Shown here: piece after piece, positions 18,607-29,082 of the stretch
Position numbering within the stretch: position 1 is the stretch's first letter
How the letters are laid out: each line of letters starts with the position of its first letter
IMG/VR virus record: IMGVR_UViG_3300006051_000001
Location: 22,982-86,981 of that record
Direction: 5' to 3' (one strand)
Source of the DNA: a virus
Length of the DNA stretch: 64,000 nucleotides
The notes under the pieces: model-generated
The model's database searches: none
Told to the model about the DNA's origin: nothing
Seen by the model: only the letters and a program-made list of their open reading frames with translations
Made by a program: the position numbers and the translations under genes

Positions 18607-19941
18607 TCAGTCTTTCAGTACCGATGCAACGTCTTTGCGGTGAACCGAGATCGCAGTGTTCTCGATCAGGGTCAGCTTCGACTTGTTATCGATAGCAAAG
18701 CCATCGATCTTCTTCACGACCACGAGGGTAGCCTTACAGAGATCGTACGAAACCTTGTTACGGGTATCGGTCAAGAAGCCCATGCACTGACTGATCGACG
18801 TGAAGCCGGTCAATACAGAGGACAGCGACTTGAGGAACGGTACGAGCTTGTTGGCGTAGACTTGTTCCAACCCAGGCTTGAGACCTTTGTTGTTGAAGCC
18901 CTTAACCTTAGCCAACACTGGATCGGTACGCCCACGAGCCCAGCTGATCGTGCCGCTGATCTCTTCCGCCCACTTGGTAGGCTTGTAGTCGATGATGAGC
19001 TTCTTGAAGTCATCTTCTTTGATCTGCGTGCGTTCGTTCATCTGGCTGCGGTAAGCGCCCTTAACGTAACTGGCGATCGACTCGAACGAAGTCAACTTAC
19101 CGTTGACGTTCATCTGCTTGACGTTATAGCCGTAGCTAAGCGCCAGCTTGAACATGGCCGCGTTGGTCATGTCGAACAGTTCCATCTTGGCGATGGCCAC
19201 GTCAACGTCAGCTTCGGTCTCAGCCTTAGCCAGACCGATCAGGAAGTCTTCAACAGCTTCGGCGAATGGAGGAAGCTTGGTCTTGATGACACCACAGAGG
19301 AGTACCATCTCTTCAAGCTGCTTCTCAGGAGCCAGCAGTTGGCGATCCTTGAAGCTGTTCCACTTACCGTTGATGTTGCGCATCTCGCTGGCGATAGTAC
19401 CGTCACGAACACGACGAGCCATCTGAGAGACGGCTGAGTTGTTCGACAGGATCTTGTCGACTTCGATGATGTACTTCTGGAGGGAACCGAGCTTCTGCTC
19501 AAGATCGTCCACCGCCGCAGTCGCTTGACCAGCCTGACTCAACCAGTTCCAAAGCTTATTGCAAGCTTCGATGATGTAAGCCAGCACGCTGCCCAGCGCA
19601 TTCACTACCGCCTCGTAGGCGGTCTTAACGAAGCTCTCAGTGGATACTTCGTAGTTGGTGCGACTAGGCTCCTGCGTGAAGCTGTTGATCGGGTAACGAT
19701 CGATCAACTTGCCAAGCACTGGGTAAGTACCAGTCAGTGCTTTGATGTTCTCCATGTCGCTACGGCAAACGTATTTACGCTTGACGATTGTTTCGTACGT
19801 TTCGAAGACCAGCATCATGTCGTCGAATTCTTTCGCGTGGACGGGGTTAGGCGTCTCATCGATGATCGCAACAGGGGTGTCGTCGTTCTCAATCTCGGCG
19901 GATTCAACCGAGAGGTCGGCTAATGTGATACTGGCATTCAT
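18607..19941 (-). CDS. Internal head protein with probable prohead-protease cleavage sites
   Basis: S-x-E motifs (SVES, STES) followed by an amphipathic helix ...KLWNWL, as in the other head paralogs. Confidence 0.6.
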   Translation of the reverse strand: MNASITLADLSVESAEIENDDTPVAIIDETPNPVHAKEFDDMMLVFETYETIVKRKYVCRSDMENIKALTGTYPVLGKLIDRYPINSFTQEPSRTNYEVSTESFVKTAYEAVVNALGSVLAYIIEACNKLWNWLSQAGQATAAVDDLEQKLGSLQKYIIEVDKILSNNSAVSQMARRVRDGTIASEMRNINGKWNSFKDRQLLAPEKQLEEMVLLCGVIKTKLPPFAEAVEDFLIGLAKAETEADVDVAIAKMELFDMTNAAMFKLALSYGYNVKQMNVNGKLTSFESIASYVKGAYRSQMNERTQIKEDDFKKLIIDYKPTKWAEEISGTISWARGRTDPVLAKVKGFNNKGLKPGLEQVYANKLVPFLKSLSSVLTGFTSISQCMGFLTDTRNKVSYDLCKATLVVVKKIDGFAIDNKSKLTLIENTAISVHRKDVASVLKD

Positions 19942-19978
19942 GTTCTCGTCCCTCAGGTCATGCAGATGAAAGGTGTAA

Positions 19979-20413
19979 TCAGGCAGCAGCTTCAGCGTCT
20001 GCTTTCAAGATGTTCACCGCTTGGGTGATCTTGTACTTGTTAACGCCGCTGGAGGCGTACTCAGGCATTACCTTAATCAGGGTAGCCGCGAATGGAGCTT
20101 CACCGACCAGCTCATCGATGCAGCAGCCGTATACCAGCTGGTAACGACGCGACCACAGCTGGAAGCCGTACTCGACAGCGCGATCAACGTCGAACGGAGC
20201 GACTTCGTTGATCTGGTACATGGTGCTACGAACTTCGCCGACGTTCTGGGTGTAGTAGTCACGAACAGCACTGTCTTGCAGTGGAGCGCCTGGCAGGGTA
20301 ACCAGAGTTGCAGCCGCGCAGCCCAGAACCGAAGCCAGCAGGTAACGACGGTTTTCGATCTCGGTGCCTTCAGTGAGAGTGGCAACGAGGGCATTAACTT
20401 TAAGTGGGTTCAT
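19979..20413 (-). CDS. Putative virion structural protein
   Basis: 144 aa; coupled to 20410-21726 in a reverse structural operon. Confidence 0.6.
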   Translation of the reverse strand: MNPLKVNALVATLTEGTEIENRRYLLASVLGCAAATLVTLPGAPLQDSAVRDYYTQNVGEVRSTMYQINEVAPFDVDRAVEYGFQLWSRRYQLVYGCCIDELVGEAPFAATLIKVMPEYASSGVNKYKITQAVNILKADAEAAA

Positions 20414-21726
20414 TGGTTCAATCCTTTCAGGGAAGCGGACAGTTCGTACAAACGATTGTTAGCGAGGTCTTCCTTCAGATCGTTGGAAGCATGATCTTGA
20501 CGAATACCGCGAATCATCTCATAGGTAAAAGCGCCGATCTTCCGAATCACATCGCCGAAGCCATGGATCTTAGAAATCTCATCGTCGATTACCGCGAGGT
20601 CTTCAAGAGCCGCATTACGCGTCTTCTTATCAAGCTTTGGATCTTTGAGCAGGGTTACCAGCTCACGGCGAATCATAGCGATCCGTTGCTCCGGTTGTGG
20701 ATACGAAGCACCGTCCAACATCCCGAGACCAGACGTGAAGATCACGTTGATGGAGAAGGTCTTGGCAACGCTCCAGATGGACGCAAGTGCAAAGGCCGCA
20801 CGTCCGGCTTCCGACAGCGCCTTAAATGGCAGGCCGACGATCTGAAGGCCGTTAGACAGAAGACCTACCCACTTGGCGTCAAAGCCTGAGCGAGCAAAGA
20901 CACCTTTGGCACGTTCACGCTTGGCAATGGCACGTACCAGCGCAGCACCCAGCATCCAGCGAGCAGAGAATTGATCCGCTACTGTTTCGGCAAGACGCTT
21001 ATCGTACCAGCGAGTACCAGCCTTCTCTTGCATACGAACAACCTGACCTTGCAATACAAGAGCAGTGATCTCAGCAGGAGAGGCATCATCAGGCAGAACC
21101 TTGGGGTCCATTGCCGACAGCTTCATGGCAGCCTTACCGATGAGGATACGCTTCTCAAGAGGTACGTCTGGATTGATGGCGCCAACAACCTCAGCAAGGA
21201 TGATGTTGGTACGCAGCGTTTCACACATGAACTCGTAGTTAGTCCAAGCGTGGCCGACCTCATGGAAGTAGAGAGCTGTCAGTTCGTCAGGTTCAAACAA
21301 ACCCTCGAACATAGACTTACTCATCTCCATGTCGTTACGCAGCTTCGTGAAGAAACCTGTAACACGACCTTTCTTGAGATCGATCGTACCCGTTACCAAC
21401 TGAGCGCCGGTCAGGTTGTTGAAGTCGTACTTCTCGATACGCTTGAGCGCATCAAGGTTGATCGGGTTGATAGCGTTCAGGTTTGGGAGGTGACACTCGA
21501 CACGATACGATTCGAGGAAGTTCAACTCTTCAACGTAGACCGCTTCCATCCAGACGCCAGTAGCGTCTTTGGTCAACATGGTGATCTCAGCCAAGTACTG
21601 ACGCACCGCATGGGGGTCGTCGAGATTATCCTGAACTTGAGCAAACAGCTTGGTGATTTGTTTCGGCAACTCGGAGTTCGTTTGGAATGCAATAGCCTCC
21701 AACGACTCGTCAATCTTACTGGACAT
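20410..21726 (-). CDS. Putative virion zinc metallopeptidase-like protein
   Basis: FHEVGH (HExxH), downstream ETVADQF (ExxAD), hydrophobic C-terminal segments, N-terminal SLE motif. Confidence 0.6.
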   Translation of the reverse strand: MSSKIDESLEAIAFQTNSELPKQITKLFAQVQDNLDDPHAVRQYLAEITMLTKDATGVWMEAVYVEELNFLESYRVECHLPNLNAINPINLDALKRIEKYDFNNLTGAQLVTGTIDLKKGRVTGFFTKLRNDMEMSKSMFEGLFEPDELTALYFHEVGHAWTNYEFMCETLRTNIILAEVVGAINPDVPLEKRILIGKAAMKLSAMDPKVLPDDASPAEITALVLQGQVVRMQEKAGTRWYDKRLAETVADQFSARWMLGAALVRAIAKRERAKGVFARSGFDAKWVGLLSNGLQIVGLPFKALSEAGRAAFALASIWSVAKTFSINVIFTSGLGMLDGASYPQPEQRIAMIRRELVTLLKDPKLDKKTRNAALEDLAVIDDEISKIHGFGDVIRKIGAFTYEMIRGIRQDHASNDLKEDLANNRLYELSASLKGLNQ

Positions 21727-21834
21727 AAATCGACTCCTGCCCCAGTGGGTATCATAGCAATTAGAGGAACTGTTAATCGTACAAATTTAATCGCGTGACC
21801 AATGCTTTACAGGAACGTAGATTCGAGGTTAGCA

Positions 21835-23655
21835 ATGAAGAAGTTTCTCACACCAGCAGAGATCGATGTACATCTCGCACACATTCCAAAAGATCAAATT
21901 GTATCCCGTGAGTGCAAGCATGCCACTTACGTTCGTCACCGTGGTGGCGATCAGCAAGACTGTCTGGTGATCAAAGAGTGGGTCACCCTTAAAGACGGTT
22001 CACGGTTCCCACGCGTCAGGATGGTTGAGAACTACAAGCGTCCGTACTGGGTAACGAAAGAACCATTCCGTACTCACCCTGACAAGATTCAGTTCGAAGA
22101 GCTGAAGCGTCTGGACATGTTCCGTGTACCGCAGTGCAAACTGCGTCAAGACATCTGCTTCCGCATTCGTGGGCTGCAACCAAACAACCCAATGAAGGTG
22201 TTGGCTCGCAGTCCTTACTTGTACGGGCTCGACACTGGCCCTGAAGTCTTCATGAAGCAGAGCTACGCCGACAAGTGGCCCAATGCCTTCCAGCCGAACA
22301 GAGTGTCCGTAATCGACGCCGAGACCGACGTGAACGGTCTGCTGCACTCTAAGCTACAGTTGCCGATTCTTTGGTCATTGGTTAGCGATGATGAGATCGT
22401 CCTCTACGTGAACGATACGTGGGCGTTTGACATCGACAACTACGAAGAGCAGATCCACAAAGAATACCAATCGGTAATCGGACAGTGGGCTGCGGCCATC
22501 CGTAAGAAGATGACCAACAAGAAGACTGGCGAGTGTCCTGATTGGGTGGACATGATCGAGAAGATCCCAGTCCGCGTCGAGCGTCTGAAGAATGACTTCG
22601 ACATCACTAAGGGGATGGTCGATCGTCTGCATGAAACACAACCGGATCTGGTAACAGGCTGGAACGTATTCTTCGATGCTAAATGTATCGAGAACTCCGT
22701 AACCAACGCTGGCTACGATTTGGCTGACGTCATGTCTGATCCTCGTGTTCCTTACGAGTGGCGCGGTGCGTTGCTGACTGAAGGTCAGGCTGTTAAACGT
22801 ACGTCGTCTGGACGTGAGATGCGTCTTGATCCGCAAGAACGTTGGAACAAGGTACTCAACACAGCCTCATGGCGCATGCAGGACATGATGCAGCTGTATT
22901 GGCAGTTGCGTAAGGCCAAGGGTAAGGAATCTGGTGGTTACGGCTTAGACGCTGTTCTAGACCGTCAGTTGTCTGTGGGTAAGCTCAAGTACGATACCGA
23001 AGATACTTCGGTGCCGCCTGGGACACTTCACTGGCACATGGACATGCAGCGGAACTACAAGGTTCGCTACGGCGTGTACAACATCATCGACTCCTTGGCA
23101 GTTTGGGCGCTCGATAAGAAGAACCAAGACTTGAGTTCTCAGATCTCATCTCTTGCAGGTCCACTGGATTACTCCAACTTCAACTCGCAGCCGAAGATCA
23201 ACGTCACTGACATGCTCTTCAGCACGATCAAGAAGCTGGGCAAAGTAATCTGCTCCACATCTGATCAAATGGCCGATGAGAACGATGCGCTGCTCTCCGG
23301 TAAGGATGGGTGGATCGTAACCTTCCCAAGCCACATTGTTGCGGATACGGGACTGTTCTTATTTGAGGACATGCCTGAGATCCGATCAATGATCCACATG
23401 TTCAACGCGGATGCTGACGTGGAAACTACGTATCCGATTTCTGAGATCATTCAGAACCTCTCCAGTGAGACGACAATTGCAGAACCTTGTCGTGTGATGG
23501 GTGTAGGGCGTGAAGCACTGCGTCTTGCAAGTATCAACCTTACTGGTGGTCGTGTGAACTCGGTCGAGATTGTGGAATCCATCTGTAAGATGCCGATGTT
23601 CGATGAATGGCTGGAACAAGCTACCATTGACATCGAAGAGATCAAAGCAGCATAA
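21835..23655 (+). CDS. Split family-B DNA polymerase N-terminal subunit: 3'-5' exonuclease plus palm motif A (phiKZ gp82-like)
   Basis: ExoI IDAET, ExoII GWNVFFD, ExoIII YNIID, motif A DVETTYP..I..NLSSET; no motif B or C. GAGG SD favours ATG 21835 over 21802. Confidence 0.85.
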   Translation: MKKFLTPAEIDVHLAHIPKDQIVSRECKHATYVRHRGGDQQDCLVIKEWVTLKDGSRFPRVRMVENYKRPYWVTKEPFRTHPDKIQFEELKRLDMFRVPQCKLRQDICFRIRGLQPNNPMKVLARSPYLYGLDTGPEVFMKQSYADKWPNAFQPNRVSVIDAETDVNGLLHSKLQLPILWSLVSDDEIVLYVNDTWAFDIDNYEEQIHKEYQSVIGQWAAAIRKKMTNKKTGECPDWVDMIEKIPVRVERLKNDFDITKGMVDRLHETQPDLVTGWNVFFDAKCIENSVTNAGYDLADVMSDPRVPYEWRGALLTEGQAVKRTSSGREMRLDPQERWNKVLNTASWRMQDMMQLYWQLRKAKGKESGGYGLDAVLDRQLSVGKLKYDTEDTSVPPGTLHWHMDMQRNYKVRYGVYNIIDSLAVWALDKKNQDLSSQISSLAGPLDYSNFNSQPKINVTDMLFSTIKKLGKVICSTSDQMADENDALLSGKDGWIVTFPSHIVADTGLFLFEDMPEIRSMIHMFNADADVETTYPISEIIQNLSSETTIAEPCRVMGVGREALRLASINLTGGRVNSVEIVESICKMPMFDEWLEQATIDIEEIKAA

Positions 23656-23659
23656 GGAA

Positions 23660-23693
23660 CCAGCACACTACAGAGTGATCTGTAGTGTGCTGG
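23660..23693. terminator. Bidirectional terminator
   Basis: 15-bp stem CCAGCACACTACAGA-GTGA-TCTGTAGTGTGCTGG between convergent genes. Confidence 0.88.
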
Positions 23694-23696
23694 GGT

Positions 23697-26639
23697 TTAT
23701 GCCTGCATTGGCTGGTGAAGCTTGAAGTTCACTTCGATAGCGTCAACAACCGAGTACGTGCCATCGGCCTGAGATTCCAGAGCCTTAGCAATACACAGAC
23801 GAGACGAAGCATCCATCAAGGTGATCACGTCGTAGTCTTTATCAGCACCACCCAACCCAGTGAGACTAGCGCCGATAACGTCGTTAGCACCAAGGTTGTT
23901 GTAGATGTCGGTTTCGATCACGTTACGAGATACACGCTGGTTATCAAGACCTGCCACCACACGAGCAATCGTAGTGACTTCCATCGCGTCCCGAAGGTCA
24001 GTATTACCGTACACCTCTTTGCTGACCCAGAGGGTCACTGTCAGAGACTGAGACGTGTGCAGGGTTACCAGCTCACTGTCTTGTACAGTTGCTTCCACGA
24101 ACTTCAGAGTGTTGCGAGGCTGGAAGAACAAGTCGGTACGTTCGAACAGTTCTTGACGAACCGGAGCAAGCACTTCGTTGATCCACTCATTGAGGATCTG
24201 AGGTACTTCCTTCACGTAAGTCAGATCACCACCTTTGGTAGCGTAGCGATACACGCCATCGAACAAGCAGACATCCCACCAGTGGATAACGTTACGTTCC
24301 GATTCGTAGATCGGGTTACCGTTCTCGTCGAGGACTGCGTCGTTGATGTAGTGCAGGACTGTCTTGTTGCCGTCGGCATTAAGAACGAAGTCGCCTTTCC
24401 TGTGCTTGATCTTGAGTTGCTTGATACCATCAACCACTTCAAAGACCGGCTGCTTGTCAGCATCGAACTCGTAGTAGTTCTTATCCCACGTCTGATACAC
24501 AACTGCATCGTAGGTCTGAACTTTACGCAGGCCTGCCAAGTCACGGCAAAGCGCCCACAGACCAGTCAGCTCATCGCCCAGCTTGATCGTCAGCTCTTCG
24601 TGGTAAATACCAGTCGAACCATCAGGTAAGAGGAAGTCACCCAACACCTGATCCACTTCAGTAGTCTTCGCATCTTCAACAGCGTAATCGGACACCGACC
24701 AGATCAGCGAGAACTGGTTGGTCAGGTAAGTAGACAGATTACGTGCTTCAGGTTCGTACATGCTGAAGTTAGACAACGTCAGCTCATGGTCACCGTTGAT
24801 GTCCCAGTTACTGTCGAGACGGAACGTGTAGATACGCTCACCGTTCTTAGCGATCTGCACACCGTTAACGTAAGCGTAGTCACTCTCACCAACAGGTTTG
24901 AATGCAAGCTGTACGTGAACCTGATCATCTCTCAGCGCTTGCCACGCATCGTTAGACGAGCTGCGAACTGTCAGCAGATAACCAGCATCATCGCGAACGA
25001 CAGACATGGTGTTGCTGGAGCTTACAGTCAAGCCCAAGGTATCGTTACTGGCGAGGAACGACTTGACGTCGATCTCTGGAGCGTTCAAGTAGTACGGCCG
25101 TACTTCGAAGTTGAAGTTGGCAGTGTCGAGAACGTAGTGCAGTGGAGTCCAGAGGTAAGTGCCATCGGAGACCTTGTTGATCAGTGGATCACCTTTCAAC
25201 AGATCGATCGCTTTACGATCAGCATCCTTAACGATAGTCAACACGCCATCGATGTACCGATACAGAGTCTTCGGAGTCACCGTGAAACGCTGACCATTGT
25301 CGACGACCGTTTCGTATTGCAGCAGATCAGCGATAGCGAACTTGGCCGTGATAACAGCGGAGTCGATACCTGTGGTCGCTACACCTGCTTCGTTCACCGG
25401 CATGGCGCGAGTGGCGAGGAAGGTACGTTCGGTAACCACGTCTGTAGGCTTCATCGAGTCGAAACCCAATTCGTCCAGAGTGGTCTTCATCTGCAAGTCA
25501 CTGACCGGGATAACCGCATCACCAACTGCGTTGTTGAGAACACGACTACGACGCTGTTCAAACGTCGGAGCATCAGCACCACCACTGATCAGATCGGTGG
25601 AAACAATGCTGATTGTGTTCATCGTAGACAACGGAGCCTTATAGACACCAGCATCATCGTTATCAAGGTCGCTGTAAGTCGCTACGAACGCTTCCGGCGG
25701 CAGACCTGACAAAGACATCGTCATCTGGCCTTTCGTCGTGTATACGTCAACACGGATGTCTTTCGTGGTGAGGTTGGTTGCGAAGTAAACGTACGGCAGC
25801 TCAATCGTCAGCTCGTTGTTCACCAACTTGTACAGCAGAGTCGGGTCAGTCGGGTCGAACGATTGGATGCTGTTGGTCGTCTTGATCTCATCCCACCCTT
25901 TGGTGGCAGTGTTACGAGAGAACGCCCGAACGTAGTAGAACTTATCAGTCAGGGTCAGAACCTTCTTCAGGGACTTGGCGCCAGACAGACTGTAGGTGTA
26001 CGACGTCAGCAACATCTGCTTGATCGGCACATCCACACGAAGCATCTCAACGACACCGCCGTTGTTTGGATCAACGAGAGTCCTGACAGGTTGTGTCTTG
26101 ACCTTGTTACCCGAAAGCTTCTGAAGAGGCGATGGGCGACTGCCATCGTAAACCACATCGATACCACCGTTACGCTTCACGATGAAGTTGATAGCGTATT
26201 GGAAAGTGAACGCGACGTTGTTCACGACAATCCGAGTGTGCTTCGGAATGGTCAGGCGCTTAGTGCCGGTATTGCCGACAGGTACAGCGCTAGCGATGAT
26301 CTCATCGACCGAGAAGAACCAACTGAAGGTTCCGTCAGCAGGAGTATCGAACATCCCCTCGAAGTCTTTGTCGGACAGGTGATAGAACAGAGTCTCATCG
26401 TCCACAGCCTGAATCGGATACTGGCGTGTGTTGAGAACCTGGTCTTCCTGAATGCCAGCCAACCCTAGGACGACAGACATTTCCATCAAGTGAGGAAACG
26501 GCGCGGATGGGTTGGTTACAATCGTTGCACCGTCGAACGCTTCCTCGGTCATTCCCATCAGTAGAGGAATGATTCGAGTTGGTTCGTACTGCATCTCCGC
26601 CATCTCATCGAGAATGGTGGTGTGATCAATTGTAGTCAT
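23697..26639 (-). CDS. Baseplate wedge protein (P2 gpJ/T4 gp6-like; phiKZ gp87-like)
   Basis: 980 aa; baseplate-J motif SGGADAPTFEQRRSRV. Confidence 0.7.
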   Translation of the reverse strand: MTTIDHTTILDEMAEMQYEPTRIIPLLMGMTEEAFDGATIVTNPSAPFPHLMEMSVVLGLAGIQEDQVLNTRQYPIQAVDDETLFYHLSDKDFEGMFDTPADGTFSWFFSVDEIIASAVPVGNTGTKRLTIPKHTRIVVNNVAFTFQYAINFIVKRNGGIDVVYDGSRPSPLQKLSGNKVKTQPVRTLVDPNNGGVVEMLRVDVPIKQMLLTSYTYSLSGAKSLKKVLTLTDKFYYVRAFSRNTATKGWDEIKTTNSIQSFDPTDPTLLYKLVNNELTIELPYVYFATNLTTKDIRVDVYTTKGQMTMSLSGLPPEAFVATYSDLDNDDAGVYKAPLSTMNTISIVSTDLISGGADAPTFEQRRSRVLNNAVGDAVIPVSDLQMKTTLDELGFDSMKPTDVVTERTFLATRAMPVNEAGVATTGIDSAVITAKFAIADLLQYETVVDNGQRFTVTPKTLYRYIDGVLTIVKDADRKAIDLLKGDPLINKVSDGTYLWTPLHYVLDTANFNFEVRPYYLNAPEIDVKSFLASNDTLGLTVSSSNTMSVVRDDAGYLLTVRSSSNDAWQALRDDQVHVQLAFKPVGESDYAYVNGVQIAKNGERIYTFRLDSNWDINGDHELTLSNFSMYEPEARNLSTYLTNQFSLIWSVSDYAVEDAKTTEVDQVLGDFLLPDGSTGIYHEELTIKLGDELTGLWALCRDLAGLRKVQTYDAVVYQTWDKNYYEFDADKQPVFEVVDGIKQLKIKHRKGDFVLNADGNKTVLHYINDAVLDENGNPIYESERNVIHWWDVCLFDGVYRYATKGGDLTYVKEVPQILNEWINEVLAPVRQELFERTDLFFQPRNTLKFVEATVQDSELVTLHTSQSLTVTLWVSKEVYGNTDLRDAMEVTTIARVVAGLDNQRVSRNVIETDIYNNLGANDVIGASLTGLGGADKDYDVITLMDASSRLCIAKALESQADGTYSVVDAIEVNFKLHQPMQA

Positions 26640-26641
26640 GA

Positions 26642-27712
26642 TTAGAGACCCTTCGTCAGAGCTTTGTACTGTTCGTTTTCAATCCACCACTGGAGTTCGT
26701 TCGTTTCCAGATCGATCCATGGATAGCCGTTGTAGTTTGTCGCAGCGTAGAAGGCATAAGGCACTTTGGTGTATTTCTGAGTGCGGGTGGAATCTTGCAT
26801 GCCTTTGTTAGTGCGAGCAATCCGGTAGTTGAATTCAAGCAACTGGATCGGATCGTTGTACACAGCGCCAACCGAGGTGAAGGTTACGGAGAGTTGCTTG
26901 TTCTCAAACTCAGCCGCTTCCTCACGGTTAAAGCCGAAGCCTGCACCGATGGAAAGGTTGGTCGGTACGGAAGCACCGGTGTGGAACCACTGAACGATCT
27001 TCTGCCCATTCGTATCCAACTTGAAGCGTTCAATACGAGTGAAGTAATCCATCTCGTTCTGAACACGTTGAGCTGGATGGGGGATGATCGGACCAATCCG
27101 AAGATAGGTCATGTACAACAACCAAGTGTGGAACAATGCGAGAACCGCGTTGCCCTTAAAGTTGTTGAACGTACAGGTCAAGTCAAACCGACCATTATAC
27201 TCAGCGATCGAGTCGTTCATAATCCAGGTCTCTTTAGCGATACCTTCAGGACTACTATAGATGTTGACGCCGATGTCAGGCGGTGAGCTCATGGTCATGA
27301 TGCTGTTTGTCAGCAACGTGATGTAAGGATTCAGGTTATCCACGAGGGCCGATTGTTTGGCCGTCTTGTATGTTGTGGGGTCCAACATCATCCTTACAGC
27401 GTATTGATATGACAGAGGGTCTTGCGTCATAAGCGCAGCGAGTTGTCGGACGGGCGATATGTTATCGTACGACAGGTTGAGGTTTGGGCGTGTAAACAAC
27501 ACCAAGCCTTGCAACTCTCTATGAAGCGGTAAAGGCGCTAAGTTGGGCAGTCGGTTGAGTCCGAAGAACATGTCGCTATAGCGGCTGAACTCGGCACCGG
27601 CACCCATAGTCCTGGAGATGCTATCAAGTAATGCGTAAGAGTTGTCGAGTCCGCCAGCGTCAGCAACGGACTTCATAATCGTGTTATAGAGAAAATCATC
27701 TGCTGTGGACAT
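26642..27712 (-). CDS. Tail-tube-fold baseplate protein (T4 gp48/gp54-like; phiKZ gp88-like)
   Basis: LTCTF...LFHTW...DY..RIERFKLD..G...F...VPT...VTF pattern of tube-fold proteins. Confidence 0.6.
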   Translation of the reverse strand: MSTADDFLYNTIMKSVADAGGLDNSYALLDSISRTMGAGAEFSRYSDMFFGLNRLPNLAPLPLHRELQGLVLFTRPNLNLSYDNISPVRQLAALMTQDPLSYQYAVRMMLDPTTYKTAKQSALVDNLNPYITLLTNSIMTMSSPPDIGVNIYSSPEGIAKETWIMNDSIAEYNGRFDLTCTFNNFKGNAVLALFHTWLLYMTYLRIGPIIPHPAQRVQNEMDYFTRIERFKLDTNGQKIVQWFHTGASVPTNLSIGAGFGFNREEAAEFENKQLSVTFTSVGAVYNDPIQLLEFNYRIARTNKGMQDSTRTQKYTKVPYAFYAATNYNGYPWIDLETNELQWWIENEQYKALTKGL

Positions 27713-27847
27713 GGGAAACCTCAGTCTTTCGTTTATTCCTAGAAATACAAAGAGAAGGGATGCGCCCCTTCACTGAAAACCATCACCATCCCCATCTATG
27801 CAGGCGGTTTATCCATCGGCGATAATTGCCTTAGGAGTAAAATAAAG

Positions 27848-29056
27848 ATGATTGCTGAAATCCTCAAAGCTGCGGGTGCTGTTGCCGGAGGTGCGATCCT
27901 TCATGCAACTGCAAAGGCTATTGGCGAGAACGTAGCCACCAAAGTCGTTGACACCTCGCTCAATAAAATGGTCGATGTCTTGACTGGCCAATGGGCCGGC
28001 GGCGCTGGTCAGAACTACATCTCCAAAACCCAATCCGTGCGTATCGAACCGTTCACTCTGATCGATTCGCGTGCAGTGCGTTTGCCGTACATGAAGGACG
28101 TGATGAACGTCGCTCAGCGGCTGTTCACTTCGTACTATCTGTTGTCGGTTGCTTCTGACAACAAGGTTGGCGGCGTGCGCGTTGCGAAGTACCTCGACAA
28201 ATTTGCACCTGATCGTGACTTGCACGAAGCGACGAAAGAGTTTCTTTCGATGGAGTCATATCAATTCGGCCTGCCTTTCGTTGGCGAAGCCGCTGGCCTG
28301 AACCGCTATTCGGACTACACCACCGAAGCGTTCGATCCAACCAAAGGCCCAGGCGCGCCAGCCCAAGGTAATGGCGCTACCTACGCTGCTGGCACCGCTA
28401 GCACCCTGAAAGACGTCGGTAACCTGGCTGTTGGTCAGATCGTTGACGTGAAGATTCAGGACGGTCAGAACTCCGCCACCATCCCAGTCTCCATTCGCAT
28501 GCGCACCATCGGCATGGAACCGGTTACTCTGGTTGAACTGCTATCTCTGGTCGGCGCTGATCAAAGCACCTCCACCCGGTGGCGTAAGTTCAAGGTCGGC
28601 GAACTGACCTTGTGGAAAGACCTGGTTATGGCTCAAGACCGTATCGACGATTATCGCCGTGCAGTTGTGAACGACAAGTCGGGCTACTTCCGCAAAGCTC
28701 ACAAGCGCCAGAACCGCGGCATCGTCGCCAACCTGCTGACTTCCCGCCCATCGATCGGCGACGCCACTTCGGTCTGCATCATCACCAAAGATACACAGCG
28801 TGAAGTTGAAGGCAAGATGAACGGTCGCTTCTCTGACTTCGCTACACGTCAGCAGATGTTCGAAGGCGGTCTGATGATGCTCCTGTTCGTTATCGACCCG
28901 GACATGGAAACTCTGACCATCTACACCCGCGACATCGAAGACTACGGTGTTTACACTATGTCCGATATCAAGTCGGCTGGTCCTTCGAGCGGCAACACCG
29001 ATCTGTCCGAGATCATGCGTTCCTATCTGGAAGGCAAAGTCCCAGGCCGTCTGTAA
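27848..29056 (+). CDS. Internal head/inner-body protein (phiKZ gp89-like)
   Basis: 402 aa; LSMES cleavage motif; synteny after the baseplate genes. Confidence 0.65.
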   Translation: MIAEILKAAGAVAGGAILHATAKAIGENVATKVVDTSLNKMVDVLTGQWAGGAGQNYISKTQSVRIEPFTLIDSRAVRLPYMKDVMNVAQRLFTSYYLLSVASDNKVGGVRVAKYLDKFAPDRDLHEATKEFLSMESYQFGLPFVGEAAGLNRYSDYTTEAFDPTKGPGAPAQGNGATYAAGTASTLKDVGNLAVGQIVDVKIQDGQNSATIPVSIRMRTIGMEPVTLVELLSLVGADQSTSTRWRKFKVGELTLWKDLVMAQDRIDDYRRAVVNDKSGYFRKAHKRQNRGIVANLLTSRPSIGDATSVCIITKDTQREVEGKMNGRFSDFATRQQMFEGGLMMLLFVIDPDMETLTIYTRDIEDYGVYTMSDIKSAGPSSGNTDLSEIMRSYLEGKVPGRL

Positions 29057-29082
29057 TCATCACGAAATAAGAGAAGAGTCCA

